From Microbacteriaceae bacterium (GTDB lineage Bacteria > Actinomycetota > Actinomycetes > Actinomycetales > Microbacteriaceae): a DNA stretch of 64,000 bases. The notes beneath the pieces are model-generated. The model did not search any database. It saw only the letters and a program-made list of their open reading frames with translations, and was not told the DNA's origin. The position numbers and the translations under genes are program-made. Location of the stretch: assembly GCA_027490915.1 (NCBI GenBank), contig JAIXXG010000035.1, positions 19,582-83,581 on the forward strand, read 5' to 3'. Positions 29,054 through 41,418 of this stretch are shown here, piece after piece; position 1 is the first letter of the stretch, and the number at the start of each line of letters is the position of its first letter.

Positions 29054-30189
29054 TGCGCGTCTTCGTCGTCAACTCAGGGTCGAGCTCGATCAAGTACCAG
29101 CTCATCGACGTCGCGAGCGAGCAGGTGGTGCTGGCGGGGATGCTCGAGCGCATCGGGCAGCGTGATTCTGAGGGGCAGCCGGCGGGGGATGCGGTCGACC
29201 ACGACGCGGGCATGCGCCTCGTGCTCGAGCGCCTCGGCACCGAGGCGGGCACGATCGCCGCGGTCGGGCACCGCGTCGTGCACGGCGGCGACGTGTTCAC
29301 GGCGCCCGTGGTCATCGACGAGGAGGTGGAGGCGGGCATCCGGGCGGTCAGCGCTCTCGCCCCGCTGCACAACCCGGCGAACCTGGCGGGCATCCGGGCC
29401 GCGCGCGCTGCTCTGCCCGGCGTGCCGCACGTCGCGGTGTTCGACACGGCCTTCCACCAGACGATGCCGCCCGCCGCCGCGACCTACGCGATCGACCGCG
29501 CTGTCGCTGCCGAGCACGGCGTGCGGCGCTACGGCTTCCACGGCACGAGCCACCAGTTCGTGGCCGGCCGGGCCGCGGCGCTGCTCGGGCGCCCGCTGGC
29601 CGAGCTCAAGCTCATCGTGCTGCACCTCGGCAACGGCGCGTCGGCCACGGCGGTCGACGGCGGCCGGTCGATCGACACCTCGATGGGCCTCACCCCGCTC
29701 GCCGGTCTCGTCATGGGCACGCGCTCGGGCGACATCGACCCGGGCGCGCTGCTGCACCTGCTGCGCGCGGGGCTCTCCGTCGACGAGGTGGACAGCCTGC
29801 TCAACAGCCGCAGCGGGCTGCTCGGCCTCGCCGGGTCGTCGGACATGCGCGACGTGCGCGCCGCCGCCGAATCAGGCGATGCGGATGCGGAGCGCGCGCT
29901 CGCCGTGTGGGCCCACCGCATCCGGCACTACGTCGGGGCGTACCTCGCCCAGCTGGGCGGCCTCGACGCCGTGGTCTTCACGGCCGGCGTCGGAGAGAAC
30001 GCGCCCGCGCTCCGCGCGCGGGCGCTCGCGGGGCTCGAGCACCTCGGACTCGCGCTCGACGCCGCGCGCAACGAGGCTCCCTCGCGCGACGCTCGCGTCA
30101 TCTCGCCGGAGGGCTCGCGCGTCTCCGTGCTCGTCGTACCGACGAACGAGGAGCTCGCGATCGCGCAGGCCGCCGCCCTCGTCGGCTGA
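29053..30189 (+). CDS. ackA: acetate kinase
   Basis: VVNSGSSSIKYQL, RYGFHGTSH and TAGVGEN motifs. GTG start shares a base with the pta stop (TAGTG). Confidence 0.93.
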   Translation: MRVFVVNSGSSSIKYQLIDVASEQVVLAGMLERIGQRDSEGQPAGDAVDHDAGMRLVLERLGTEAGTIAAVGHRVVHGGDVFTAPVVIDEEVEAGIRAVSALAPLHNPANLAGIRAARAALPGVPHVAVFDTAFHQTMPPAAATYAIDRAVAAEHGVRRYGFHGTSHQFVAGRAAALLGRPLAELKLIVLHLGNGASATAVDGGRSIDTSMGLTPLAGLVMGTRSGDIDPGALLHLLRAGLSVDEVDSLLNSRSGLLGLAGSSDMRDVRAAAESGDADAERALAVWAHRIRHYVGAYLAQLGGLDAVVFTAGVGENAPALRARALAGLEHLGLALDAARNEAPSRDARVISPEGSRVSVLVVPTNEELAIAQAAALVG

Positions 30190-30240
30190 CGGCGCCGGAT
30201 GCCCGGCTCGCGCGCCGGAGGTGGCGACTACGCTGGGCAC

Positions 30241-32370
30241 GTGGTCACCGCCCTCTACCGCCGCTACCGGCCCGAGACGTTCGCCGAGCTCATCGGCCAG
30301 AGTCACGTGACCGACCCGCTGCGCGCCGCCCTCCGCGGCGATCGGGTGAATCACGCCTATCTGTTCAGTGGGCCCCGTGGGTGCGGCAAGACGACGTCGG
30401 CCCGCATCCTGGCCCGCTGCCTGAACTGCGCGGAAGGGCCGACCGATACGCCCTGCGGCGTGTGCCCGAGCTGCGTCGAGCTCAGCCGCGACGGCGGCGG
30501 CTCGCTCGACGTGGTCGAGATCGACGCGGCGAGCCACAACGGCGTCGATGATGCGCGCGACCTGCGCGAGCGCGCGGTGTTCGCGCCCGCCCGCGACCGG
30601 TACAAGATCTTCATCCTCGACGAGGCGCACATGGTGACGCCGCAGGGCTTCAACGCGCTGCTCAAGATCGTGGAGGAGCCGCCGGAGCACGTGAAGTTCA
30701 TCTTCGCGACGACCGAGCCCGAGAAGGTCATCGGCACGATCCGCTCGCGCACGCACCACTATCCCTTCCGGCTCGTGCCGCCCGCGCAGCTGCTCGAGTA
30801 CGTGCAGCAGCTGTGCGAGAGCGAGAACGTCACGATCGAGCCCGGCGTGCTGCCGCTCGTCGTGAGAGCCGGCGGCGGCTCGGTGCGCGACACCCTCTCG
30901 CTGCTCGACCAGCTCATGGCGGGCTCGGATGACGCGACCGTCACCTACGAACGAGCGGTCGCCCTGCTCGGCTACACGCACGGCGCCCTGCTCGACGAGG
31001 TCGTCACGGCGATCGGTGCGCGCGATGCGGCGGCCGCCTTCCACGCGGTCGATCGGGTCATCCAGACCGGGCAAGACCCGCGGCGGTTCGTCGACGACCT
31101 GCTCGAGCGCCTGCGCGACCTCATCGTCGTGCAGGCCACGGCCGACAACGCCGCCGAGGTGCTGCACGGCATTCCCGACGCCGACCTGCAGGCGATGCGC
31201 GAGCAGGCGAGGGGCTTCACGCCCGCCGAGCTGTCGCGCGCCGCCGATGTCGTCAACAAGGCGCTCACCGAGATGACGGGCGCCACCTCGCCGCGGCTGC
31301 ACCTCGAGCTCATGACGGCGCGCGTGCTCGTCGCCCTCGGGGGCGAGGCCAGCGCGGGTGCGGCCGTGTCGGCGCGCGTTCCCGCGGCTGCCCCTGCCGC
31401 TTCCCCCGCTGCTGCGGCCACCCCGGCTGCGCCCTCCACCCCGACGACGCCCACCGCACCTGCCGTGCCCGCGCCGTCCGCGCCCGCCGCCGCGCCGGCG
31501 CCCGCCGAACCCGCCGCGCCCGCCGAGCCCCTCACCCTCGAGCGCGTCGTCGCGGCATGGCCCGCGGTGCTCGACGCCGTGCAGCAGCACAAGCGCAGTT
31601 CGTGGACCATCGTCTTCTCCACCACGCCCGCCGCCCTCGACGGAGACGTTCTCACGCTCTCGTTCCCGAACGAGGCCGATGCCGCCGCGTTCAAGCAGCG
31701 GGCGGCCCCGGCCGACAGCGTCAGCGAGCACGTGCGCGCGGCCATCCAGCAGGTGCTCGGCGTTCGGGTCAAGTTCATGGTGCGCGTCGATGCGGCTCCG
31801 GATGCCGCGCCCGCGCCCGCTGCCGCGAAGCCCGCGGCTGCCGCGCCCGCGAAACCCGCCCCGGCCGCGAGCAAGCCCGCCTCCGCACCGAGCAAGCCGA
31901 CCCCGCCGGCCGGCGCCTCCTCGGCAGCCGCTCCCGTGACCGACTGGGTTGTCGCCCCGATCCCCTCGAGCACCACCGAGTCGACGCCTGCCGCCGCGGC
32001 ACCCGCGAAAGCGGCGCCCGCGAGCCCGGCACCCGCGAGCCCGGCACCGGCAAGCAGCCTTGCCCCCGAGAGCAGCCCCGCCCCGGCGAGCAGCGCAGCG
32101 CCGGCCAGCAGACCCGCCCCCGCGGCGCCCGAGCCCGCGCCTGCGGCGACGGCGGCCGCGCATCCCGCCGAGATCGACGGACGCCAGCGCTACGGCGAGG
32201 CGGTCGTGCGCGAGGTGCTCGGCGCGACGTTCCTCGCCGAGGAGCCGGTCGACCCGCTCGTCACCGCGGGCGGCGTCGACCTGCCGGCCGATGCCCCCGA
32301 CGCGGCGCCGCGCGATCCCGATCAGCCGTCGAGCGCCGACGCCCCCGACCCTTTCCGCGATGAGTACTGA
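30241..32370 (+). CDS. dnaX: DNA polymerase III subunit gamma/tau
   Basis: [11 protein letters not shown]-terminus, Walker [10 protein letters not shown], Zn module CGVCPSC, long Pro/Ala-rich C-terminal linkers. Start chosen at GTG 30241 (TACGCT hexamer 30229-30234 lies 6 nt upstream). Alternative ATG at 30199. Confidence 0.9.
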   Translation: MVTALYRRYRPETFAELIGQSHVTDPLRAALRGDRVNHAYLFSGPRGCGKTTSARILARCLNCAEGPTDTPCGVCPSCVELSRDGGGSLDVVEIDAASHNGVDDARDLRERAVFAPARDRYKIFILDEAHMVTPQGFNALLKIVEEPPEHVKFIFATTEPEKVIGTIRSRTHHYPFRLVPPAQLLEYVQQLCESENVTIEPGVLPLVVRAGGGSVRDTLSLLDQLMAGSDDATVTYERAVALLGYTHGALLDEVVTAIGARDAAAAFHAVDRVIQTGQDPRRFVDDLLERLRDLIVVQATADNAAEVLHGIPDADLQAMREQARGFTPAELSRAADVVNKALTEMTGATSPRLHLELMTARVLVALGGEASAGAAVSARVPAAAPAASPAAAATPAAPSTPTTPTAPAVPAPSAPAAAPAPAEPAAPAEPLTLERVVAAWPAVLDAVQQHKRSSWTIVFSTTPAALDGDVLTLSFPNEADAAAFKQRAAPADSVSEHVRAAIQQVLGVRVKFMVRVDAAPDAAPAPAAAKPAAAAPAKPAPAASKPASAPSKPTPPAGASSAAAPVTDWVVAPIPSSTTESTPAAAAPAKAAPASPAPASPAPASSLAPESSPAPASSAAPASRPAPAAPEPAPAATAAAHPAEIDGRQRYGEAVVREVLGATFLAEEPVDPLVTAGGVDLPADAPDAAPRDPDQPSSADAPDPFRDEY

Positions 32371-32405
32371 CGTGGTGCGCGCCACGACGAGAGACGAGCG
32401 CTGAC

Positions 32406-32999
32406 GTGTACGACGGCATCATCCAAGACCTGATCGACGAGTTCGGGCGCCTGCCCGGCATCGGGCCGAAGTCTGCGCAGCGCATCGCCTTCCACATCCT
32501 GCAGACCGAGTCGTTCGACGTCACCCGGCTGGCGCAGCTGCTCATCGACGTGCGCGAGAAGGTGCGGTTCTGCGAGATCTGCGGCAACGTCGCCGAAGAG
32601 GCGCAGTGCTCGATCTGCCGCGACCCGCGCCGCAGCCCCACGAGCATCTGCGTCGTCGAGGAGGCGAAAGACGTCGTCGCGATCGAGCGCACCCGCGAGT
32701 TCCGCGGGCTGTACCACGTGCTCGGCGGCGCGATCAGCCCCATCGACGGCATCGGCCCCGACGACCTGCGCATCAGCCAGCTGCTCGGGCGCCTGCGCGA
32801 CGGCACGGTCACCGAGGTGATCATCGCCACCGACCCCAACCTCGAGGGCGAGGCGACGGCCACCTACCTCTCGCGCCTGCTCGTGCAGCCCGGGCTCACC
32901 GTCTCGCGGCTGGCGAGCGGCCTGCCCGTCGGCGGCGACCTCGAGTACGCCGACGAGGTCACCCTCGGCCGCGCCTTCGAGGGCCGCCGCACGCTGTAG
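32406..32999 (+). CDS. recR: recombination protein RecR
   Basis: HhH N-terminus [16 protein letters not shown]4 zinc finger CEICGNV...CSIC, Toprim domain. Confidence 0.93.
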   Translation: MYDGIIQDLIDEFGRLPGIGPKSAQRIAFHILQTESFDVTRLAQLLIDVREKVRFCEICGNVAEEAQCSICRDPRRSPTSICVVEEAKDVVAIERTREFRGLYHVLGGAISPIDGIGPDDLRISQLLGRLRDGTVTEVIIATDPNLEGEATATYLSRLLVQPGLTVSRLASGLPVGGDLEYADEVTLGRAFEGRRTL

Positions 33000-33046
33000 C
33001 GGACTCCATGCGCACGCCGGTGTTTCGGCGTCCTGACGGAAAGGCC

Positions 33047-35685
<2,639 letters not shown>

Positions 35686-35701
35686 GCGCCCGCCCCTCCC
35701 C

Positions 35702-36466
35702 ATGGCCGCCGTCGTGCAGAGCTACGCCGCGATCGGCGACAGCTTCACCGAGGGCATGGGCGATGAGCGGCCCGATGGCAGCCCGCGCGGATGGGCCGAC
35801 CTCGTGGCGGCGGCGCTCGCGCACGCCGCGGGCGGGTCGATCGGCTACGCCAACCTCGCAATCCGCGGTCGGCTGCTCGCTCCGATCCTCGACGACCAGC
35901 TGCCGGCGGCGCTCGCGCTCGGCCCGCAGCTGCTGAGCATCAACGGCGGGGGCAACGACATCCTGCGGCCGCGGGTGTCGATCGACGCGGTCGCCGACCG
36001 GTTGGTCGCCGGCGCCCTCGACGCCCGGGCGACCGGCGTTCGCGTGATGGTCGTGAGCGGCGGCAACCCGACCCGGCACATCCCGATGGGGCCGACGTTC
36101 GCGCGCCGGGGCGACGCCCTCGCGGTCGCCGTGCGCGAGCGCCTCGAGGGGTCGGGCGTGCTGTTCGTCGACAACTGGTTCGACCCGCATCTTCCCGAGC
36201 TGCGCTATTGGTCGGTCGACAAGCTGCACCTCAACGCGCTCGGCCACGCGCGCGCGGCCGCCAACGTGCTCGCCGCGCTCGCGGTGCCGGTGGCAGCGCC
36301 GGACGACGGCGCGCCGCTCGCCGACGTCGCCCGGCCGCGCACCGCCGAGTACTGGCGCCGCTACGTGCTGCCGTGGATCGGCCGCCGCCTCACGGGGCGC
36401 TCATCGGGAGACCACCGCACCGCGAAGCGCCCGACCCTCGACCCCGTGCGGGCCGACGAGCTGTAG
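35702..36466 (+). CDS. SGNH/GDSL hydrolase family protein (cytoplasmic form)
   Basis: Trimmed from ORF 35507..36466. Block I AAIGDSFTEG, block III GGNDIL, block V DKLHLN. Confidence 0.8.
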   Translation: MAAVVQSYAAIGDSFTEGMGDERPDGSPRGWADLVAAALAHAAGGSIGYANLAIRGRLLAPILDDQLPAALALGPQLLSINGGGNDILRPRVSIDAVADRLVAGALDARATGVRVMVVSGGNPTRHIPMGPTFARRGDALAVAVRERLEGSGVLFVDNWFDPHLPELRYWSVDKLHLNALGHARAAANVLAALAVPVAAPDDGAPLADVARPRTAEYWRRYVLPWIGRRLTGRSSGDHRTAKRPTLDPVRADEL

Positions 36467-36565
36467 CGCCGCCGGCCGGAGCGATGCTCGCACCGGCGGT
36501 GCCCGCGGCTCCGATCCCGTGCGTCGCTGACGCGGGATGACGGGGCCTGGTGTTCTCGCGACGCG

Positions 36566-36622
36566 CTTCCAGATCTGCGGATCAACCTGACTCCTTTTCA
36601 TGTGAATCCGCAGTTCTGGAAG
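36566..36622. repeat. 17-bp inverted repeat with an A/T-richer 23-nt loop
   Basis: CTTCCAGATCTGCGGAT (36566-36582) versus ATCCGCAGTTCTGGAAG (36606-36622), 16/17 complementary. Confidence 0.85.
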
Positions 36623-36653
36623 GTGCGGAGGGGCTGACTGCCGGGTAGGCGTG

Positions 36654-36715
<62 letters not shown>

Positions 36716-36766
36716 TGGGCCGCCGCGCCGGGCGAACCCTCAGCCGGAGGGCATCGAATAGTCGGC

Positions 36767-37447
36767 ATGCGCATCCGCCGCCCCCGTCTGCTGGCCCGTC
36801 TCGCGACGGCGGCCGCCGCGCTCTCCGTTCTTGCCGGATGCACGCCCGCCGCCGCCCCGCCCGCCGAGCCCGCCGCCGACGACGGCCGGCCGCTCGTGGC
36901 GTTCTACGGCGACTCGTACACGCTCGGCACCGGGGCGAGCGACCTCTCGCTGCGCTGGTCGACGCAGCTCGCCGAGCTGCGCGGTTGGCGCGAGTTCAAC
37001 CCGAGCGTCAACGGTCTGGGCTTCATCAACAACCGCCGATCGTTCGCCGACGACGACCTGCCCGCGCTCATCATCGCGCAGCAGCCCGACATCGTGATCA
37101 TCACGATGGGCCTCAACGACGCCTTCTCGTTCGACCGCGCAGGTACGGCGATCGAGCAGCAGATCGATGCCGACTTCGAGCGTCTGACCACGGCGCTGCC
37201 CGACGCCCGCTTCGTCGTCGTCGAGCCGTTCTGGTACCGACCCGATCGCCCCGAGTCGCACCTCACGGTCATCCGGTGGGTGCAGGAGGCGGCGGAGCGC
37301 TACGACCTGCCGTACATCGCCGGCGCCTCCACCTGGATCGCCGGCGCCCCCGAGCTCATGGCCGCCGACGGGCTGCACCCCAACGACGAGGGCTACGCCC
37401 TCATGCTGCGAACCATGGATGCGGCGCTCGCCGAGCTCGGACTCTGA
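36767..37447 (+). CDS. SGNH/GDSL hydrolase lipoprotein (secreted)
   Basis: Lipobox LAGC after a basic n-region. Block I FYGDSYTLG, block III MGLNDA, block V DGLHPN. Confidence 0.82.
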   Translation: MRIRRPRLLARLATAAAALSVLAGCTPAAAPPAEPAADDGRPLVAFYGDSYTLGTGASDLSLRWSTQLAELRGWREFNPSVNGLGFINNRRSFADDDLPALIIAQQPDIVIITMGLNDAFSFDRAGTAIEQQIDADFERLTTALPDARFVVVEPFWYRPDRPESHLTVIRWVQEAAERYDLPYIAGASTWIAGAPELMAADGLHPNDEGYALMLRTMDAALAELGL

Positions 37448-37491
37448 GGCCGCGGGTTCCCGTCGCGGGGCCTCACCGCTAGCCTGAGCGC

Positions 37492-38394
37492 GTGACCCGT
37501 GCCGCGCTCCCGGAGCGCACCGCTCTGCTGCAGTCGGTCGTCGTGGCGCTCGCGATCTCGCTGGTCGCGGTGGTCGGAGGACTGCTCGTCGGCTCGCGCA
37601 TCATCGTGTTCGACGGGGTCTACGGCATCATCGGCCTCTCGCTGACCTGGCTCGCCCTGCGGGCCTCGCGCGCGGTCGAGGCCGGCCCCTCCGAGCGCTA
37701 CCCCTTCGGGCGCGAGGCGCTGACGCCGTTCGCGATCGTGCTGCAGGGTGTCGCGATGCTCGGCACGCTGCTGATCGCGGCGCTCGACGCGATCGTGCTC
37801 ATCCTCGACGGCGGCAGCGACGTCGCACCGCTCTCGGTGGTGCTGTACGGAGCCTTCTCGGCGGTGGCCAGCACGATCTTCGCCGCGCACCTGCTGCGGC
37901 GCGCAGGCGACTCCGAGCTCGTGCGGGTCGAGGGGCTGCAGTGGCGGGCCGGGGCCGTGCGCAACGCCGTGATGGTCGCCGGCGCCGTGGTCGCCGTGCT
38001 CATCGCCAGCACGCAGGCCAGCGGGCTGGTGCGCTATCTCGACCCCATGCTCGTGCTCATCGCCGTCGCGATGCTCGCCCCGCTGCCCGTCCGCTTCCTG
38101 CGGTCGGGAATCTACGAGCTGCTGGAGGGCGCGCCCTCGGCCGCCGTGCAGCAGCAGGTGATGGCGGCGGTGGATGCGGTGCGCGACCGGCACGGGCTGG
38201 GCGACCCGTACCTGCGCATGTCGAAGCTCGGGCGCAAGCTCTACCTGCAGATCGACATCGTGGTCGAGCCCGGAACGTGGACGGTCGACGGGCAGGATGT
38301 CGTGCGCCGCGAGCTTCTCGACGCCCTGGCGCCGCTCGGCTACGAGCTGTGGGCGTCGATCGACCTCACGACCGACCAGTCGCTGGCCGACTGA
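37492..38394 (+). CDS. cation diffusion facilitator (CDF) family transporter
   Basis: 6 TM segments and a C-terminal cytoplasmic domain. ERYPFGREALTP motif. TAGCCT 37480-37485 lies 6 nt upstream of GTG 37492. Confidence 0.78.
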   Translation: MTRAALPERTALLQSVVVALAISLVAVVGGLLVGSRIIVFDGVYGIIGLSLTWLALRASRAVEAGPSERYPFGREALTPFAIVLQGVAMLGTLLIAALDAIVLILDGGSDVAPLSVVLYGAFSAVASTIFAAHLLRRAGDSELVRVEGLQWRAGAVRNAVMVAGAVVAVLIASTQASGLVRYLDPMLVLIAVAMLAPLPVRFLRSGIYELLEGAPSAAVQQQVMAAVDAVRDRHGLGDPYLRMSKLGRKLYLQIDIVVEPGTWTVDGQDVVRRELLDALAPLGYELWASIDLTTDQSLAD

Positions 38395-39061
38395 CCACCG
38401 GGGCGATTCGGCGCAGCTCGGAGACGGCCGTATCGAGCGCGTCCGTCGCCCGCTCCACCGCATCCGGCATAGCGCGCTGGTCGGGGATCGCGACCGCCAA
38501 GCTCCAGCTGCGCCCGCGTTCGTCGACGCCGACCTCCCGCACCAGGAAGACGGCACCGGCCACGGATGACGCGATGACGCGATCGTGCGCGTCGCCGGGC
38601 ATCGCGCGCCCTGCGCCGGCGAACGGCGACGCCGTGCCGGGTGCGAGCACGACCGTCACCGGCCCTCGGCCCACCGCGACATGTGCGACGTGCTGGGTCT
38701 CGCTCCCCCCGACGAGAGAGAGAACGGTCTCCTCGGTCGTCGCGGCCATGTTCTCGACCACGCGGGCAGTCTCGACGTCCATCGGCGAGGCGCGACGAAG
38801 TCGGTCGACCAGAGCCCACAGCTCGGGGCCGGGCGCGCAGGAGCCATCGTTCGACGCCGCGAGCACTCCGAGCTCCCGCAGTGCGGTGGCGATCCGGCTG
38901 ACCGCGCTGCGATCGATCCCGGTCACGCGGGAGAGCTCGCGAACGCCGATGGGTCCCTCGGATCGCGAGACAGCCTGCAGGATGCCGATGACCTTCGACA
39001 CCGTCGATGTCGCGCGGGAATCGCGGTCGCTGTCGCTCGGGAGGTCGATCATGGAGGTCAT
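38366..39061 (-). CDS. IclR family transcriptional regulator
   Basis: Winged HTH GVRELSRVTGIDRSAVSRIATAL and a C-terminal IclR effector domain. The 3' end overlaps the CDF gene by 29 nt. Confidence 0.8.
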   Translation of the reverse strand: MTSMIDLPSDSDRDSRATSTVSKVIGILQAVSRSEGPIGVRELSRVTGIDRSAVSRIATALRELGVLAASNDGSCAPGPELWALVDRLRRASPMDVETARVVENMAATTEETVLSLVGGSETQHVAHVAVGRGPVTVVLAPGTASPFAGAGRAMPGDAHDRVIASSVAGAVFLVREVGVDERGRSWSLAVAIPDQRAMPDAVERATDALDTAVSELRRIAPVVSRPATGRS

Positions 39062-39086
39062 TCTCGCGGATGCAGTGCCGGGATCA

Positions 39087-39845
39087 TCAGGATTCCGGGC
39101 GCGCGGTCGGGCGGAGCGCCATCTGCACGATCGCGACGACGAGCAGCCCTGCGAACAGCCACGCGCTGATGGCCGGTGGCAGCCAGAAGGCCGCGAGAAC
39201 GCCGAGGAACGAGCTCGCGGCTGCGGCGAGTCCGACGATGAGCCCGTCTCTGACCACGACGAGCCCGGCGCGCCGGTTCGCGACCGTGCCGGCGATGGCT
39301 CCCGGGATCATGGCGAGGAGCGAGGTGCCCTTGGCGGCGAGGTCCCCCATGCCGAAGATCGCGATCAAGGCGGCGACCGCCACGATCCCGCCGCCGACCC
39401 CGAGCAGTCCGGCCACGACTCCCATGAGCAGGCCGAGACCAACCAGTCCCACGACCGCCACCGCACCGTAGTCGACGGCGCCGTCGCGCTGGGGTACCTC
39501 CACGACGATCCGCAGCGCGGTCAGTGCCAGCCCCGCGATGAAGAGCCACTTGAGCCAGACCAGCGAGATGCGCCGAAGGAGGAGGGTGCCGAGCGGGGCT
39601 CCCGCGAGAGCCCCGATCGCGAGAAGTGCGGCCGCCCCGACGTCGATCTCGCCCCGGAACCCGTACTGCGCGGCGGAAGTGATGGCGGTCGGCACGATGG
39701 CGAGGAGGGAGGTCGCCGATGCCTGACGCTGGTCGAGACGGGTGAACGCGAGGAGCAGCGGCACCATCACCAGCCCGCCGCCGACCCCGAACAGCCCCGC
39801 GAAGACGCCCCCGATCACGCCGATCGAAAGAAGGGGCAGAATCAC
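39087..39845 (-). CDS. sulfite exporter TauE/SafE family membrane protein
   Basis: Two 4-TM halves rich in G/A/L. TAGGCT (complement of 39852-39857) lies 6 nt upstream of GTG 39845. Confidence 0.8.
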   Translation of the reverse strand: MILPLLSIGVIGGVFAGLFGVGGGLVMVPLLLAFTRLDQRQASATSLLAIVPTAITSAAQYGFRGEIDVGAAALLAIGALAGAPLGTLLLRRISLVWLKWLFIAGLALTALRIVVEVPQRDGAVDYGAVAVVGLVGLGLLMGVVAGLLGVGGGIVAVAALIAIFGMGDLAAKGTSLLAMIPGAIAGTVANRRAGLVVVRDGLIVGLAAAASSFLGVLAAFWLPPAISAWLFAGLLVVAIVQMALRPTARPES

Positions 39846-39902
39846 CGCGCCAGCCTAGTGCCGGGCGGAGGGGGCGCTGTGAAGCGCGGCTAAACTGGGC
39901 GG

Positions 39903-41375
39903 GTGACCGAACCCATCGACGTCGCCCTCATCGGCGGCGGCATCATGAGCGCCACGCTCGGGACGATGCTGCAGCAGCTCGAGCCCTCGTGGCGCATCCG
40001 CATCTACGAGCGCCTGGGCGATGTCGCCCTCGAGAGCTCGAACCCCTGGAACAACGCGGGCACCGGCCACGCGGCCCTCTGCGAGCTCAACTACACCCCC
40101 GAGCGGCCCGACGGCTCGATCGACATCACCAACGCGGTGAAGATCAACGAGCAGTTCCAGGTGTCGCGGCAGTTCTGGTCGTACCTCGTCGGGGCGGGCG
40201 TGCTGCCCGAGCCGCAGGCGTTCCTCAGTGCGACTCCGCACATGAGCATGGTGTGGGGAGAGGCCAACGTTGCATACCTGCGCAAGCGCTTCGAGGCGCT
40301 CAAGGACCACCCGCTCTTCGCGGGCATGGAGTTCAGCGATGACCCCGCCGTCATCCGCTCGTGGGCACCCCTCGTCATCCCGGGCCGCGCGAAGGCGCAG
40401 CGGATCGCCGCGACGCGGATGGCCGCCGGCACCGACGTCGACTTCGGCGCGCTCACGCGTGCGCTGATCGACGGCCTCGTCGAGAACGGCGCGACGCTGC
40501 ACCTCGAGCACCGCGTGACGGGCATCCGTCGCACGAAGGACGGGCTGTGGAAGCTCTCGATGCGCCACGAGGTCGGCGGCACCCCGGTTGAGGTCACGGC
40601 CCGCTTCGTGTTCGTCGGCGCGGGCGGGCACGCCCTGCCCCTGCTGCAGAAGAGCGGCATCCGCGAGATCCGCGGCTTCGGCGGCTTCCCCGTGAGCGGG
40701 CAGTGGCTGCGCAGCGACAACCCCGCGGTGGTCGCCCAGCACAACGCGAAGATCTACGGCAAGGCCTCGGTCGGGGCGCCGCCGATGTCGGTGCCGCACC
40801 TCGACACCCGTGTCGTCGACGGCACGCCGAGCCTGCTGTTCGGCCCCTACGCCGGCTTCACCCCGAAGTTCTTGAAGACGGGCTCGTGGTTCGACCTGTT
40901 CGGCTCGATCCGCTGGCACAACATCGTTCCGATGCTGCAGGTGGGCCTGCGCAACGTCGACCTCGTGAAGTACCTCGTGGGCGAGCTGCTCGCGACGCGC
41001 GACAAGAAGCTCGATGCGCTGCGCGAGTTCTACCCGGCCGCGAACGGCGACGACTGGTACCAGCTCACGGCCGGTCAGCGCGTGCAGATCATCAAGAACG
41101 TTCCGGGCAAGGGCGGGACGCTGCAGTTCGGCACCGAGGTCGTGGCCGCAGCCGACGGCTCGATCGCCGGCCTGCTCGGCGCCTCGCCGGGTGCGTCGAC
41201 CGCGCCCTCGATCATGCTCGACCTGATCGAGCGGTGCTTCGCCGACCGTCTCGAGGGCTGGCGCCCGCGCCTGCAGCAGATGGTGCCGAGCTACGGCCGT
41301 CAGGTCTCCGACGACGCCGCCTTCGCCGACCAGGTGCTCAGCTCGACGGCGGCCGCGCTCGCCATCTCCCGCTGA
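39903..41375 (+). CDS. mqo: malate:quinone oxidoreductase
   Basis: FAD motif DVALIGGGIMSATLG and SNPWNNAGTGHAALCELNYTPE, typical of Mqo. TAAACT 39891-39896 lies 6 nt upstream of GTG 39903. Confidence 0.92.
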   Translation: MTEPIDVALIGGGIMSATLGTMLQQLEPSWRIRIYERLGDVALESSNPWNNAGTGHAALCELNYTPERPDGSIDITNAVKINEQFQVSRQFWSYLVGAGVLPEPQAFLSATPHMSMVWGEANVAYLRKRFEALKDHPLFAGMEFSDDPAVIRSWAPLVIPGRAKAQRIAATRMAAGTDVDFGALTRALIDGLVENGATLHLEHRVTGIRRTKDGLWKLSMRHEVGGTPVEVTARFVFVGAGGHALPLLQKSGIREIRGFGGFPVSGQWLRSDNPAVVAQHNAKIYGKASVGAPPMSVPHLDTRVVDGTPSLLFGPYAGFTPKFLKTGSWFDLFGSIRWHNIVPMLQVGLRNVDLVKYLVGELLATRDKKLDALREFYPAANGDDWYQLTAGQRVQIIKNVPGKGGTLQFGTEVVAAADGSIAGLLGASPGASTAPSIMLDLIERCFADRLEGWRPRLQQMVPSYGRQVSDDAAFADQVLSSTAAALAISR

Positions 41376-41418
41376 GAGCCGCGCACCCGGCGCTCCTGAA
41401 TCGAAGGAACCGGCACCG

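Noticed and set aside
30199-32370. Programmed -1 frameshift site in dnaX (as in E. coli tau/gamma), and the ATG 30199 start.
   Set aside because: No A-AAA-AAG-like slippery heptamer is visible in the gene. The canonical N-terminus (V)TALYRRYRP begins at GTG 30241, which has a TACGCT hexamer 6 nt upstream.
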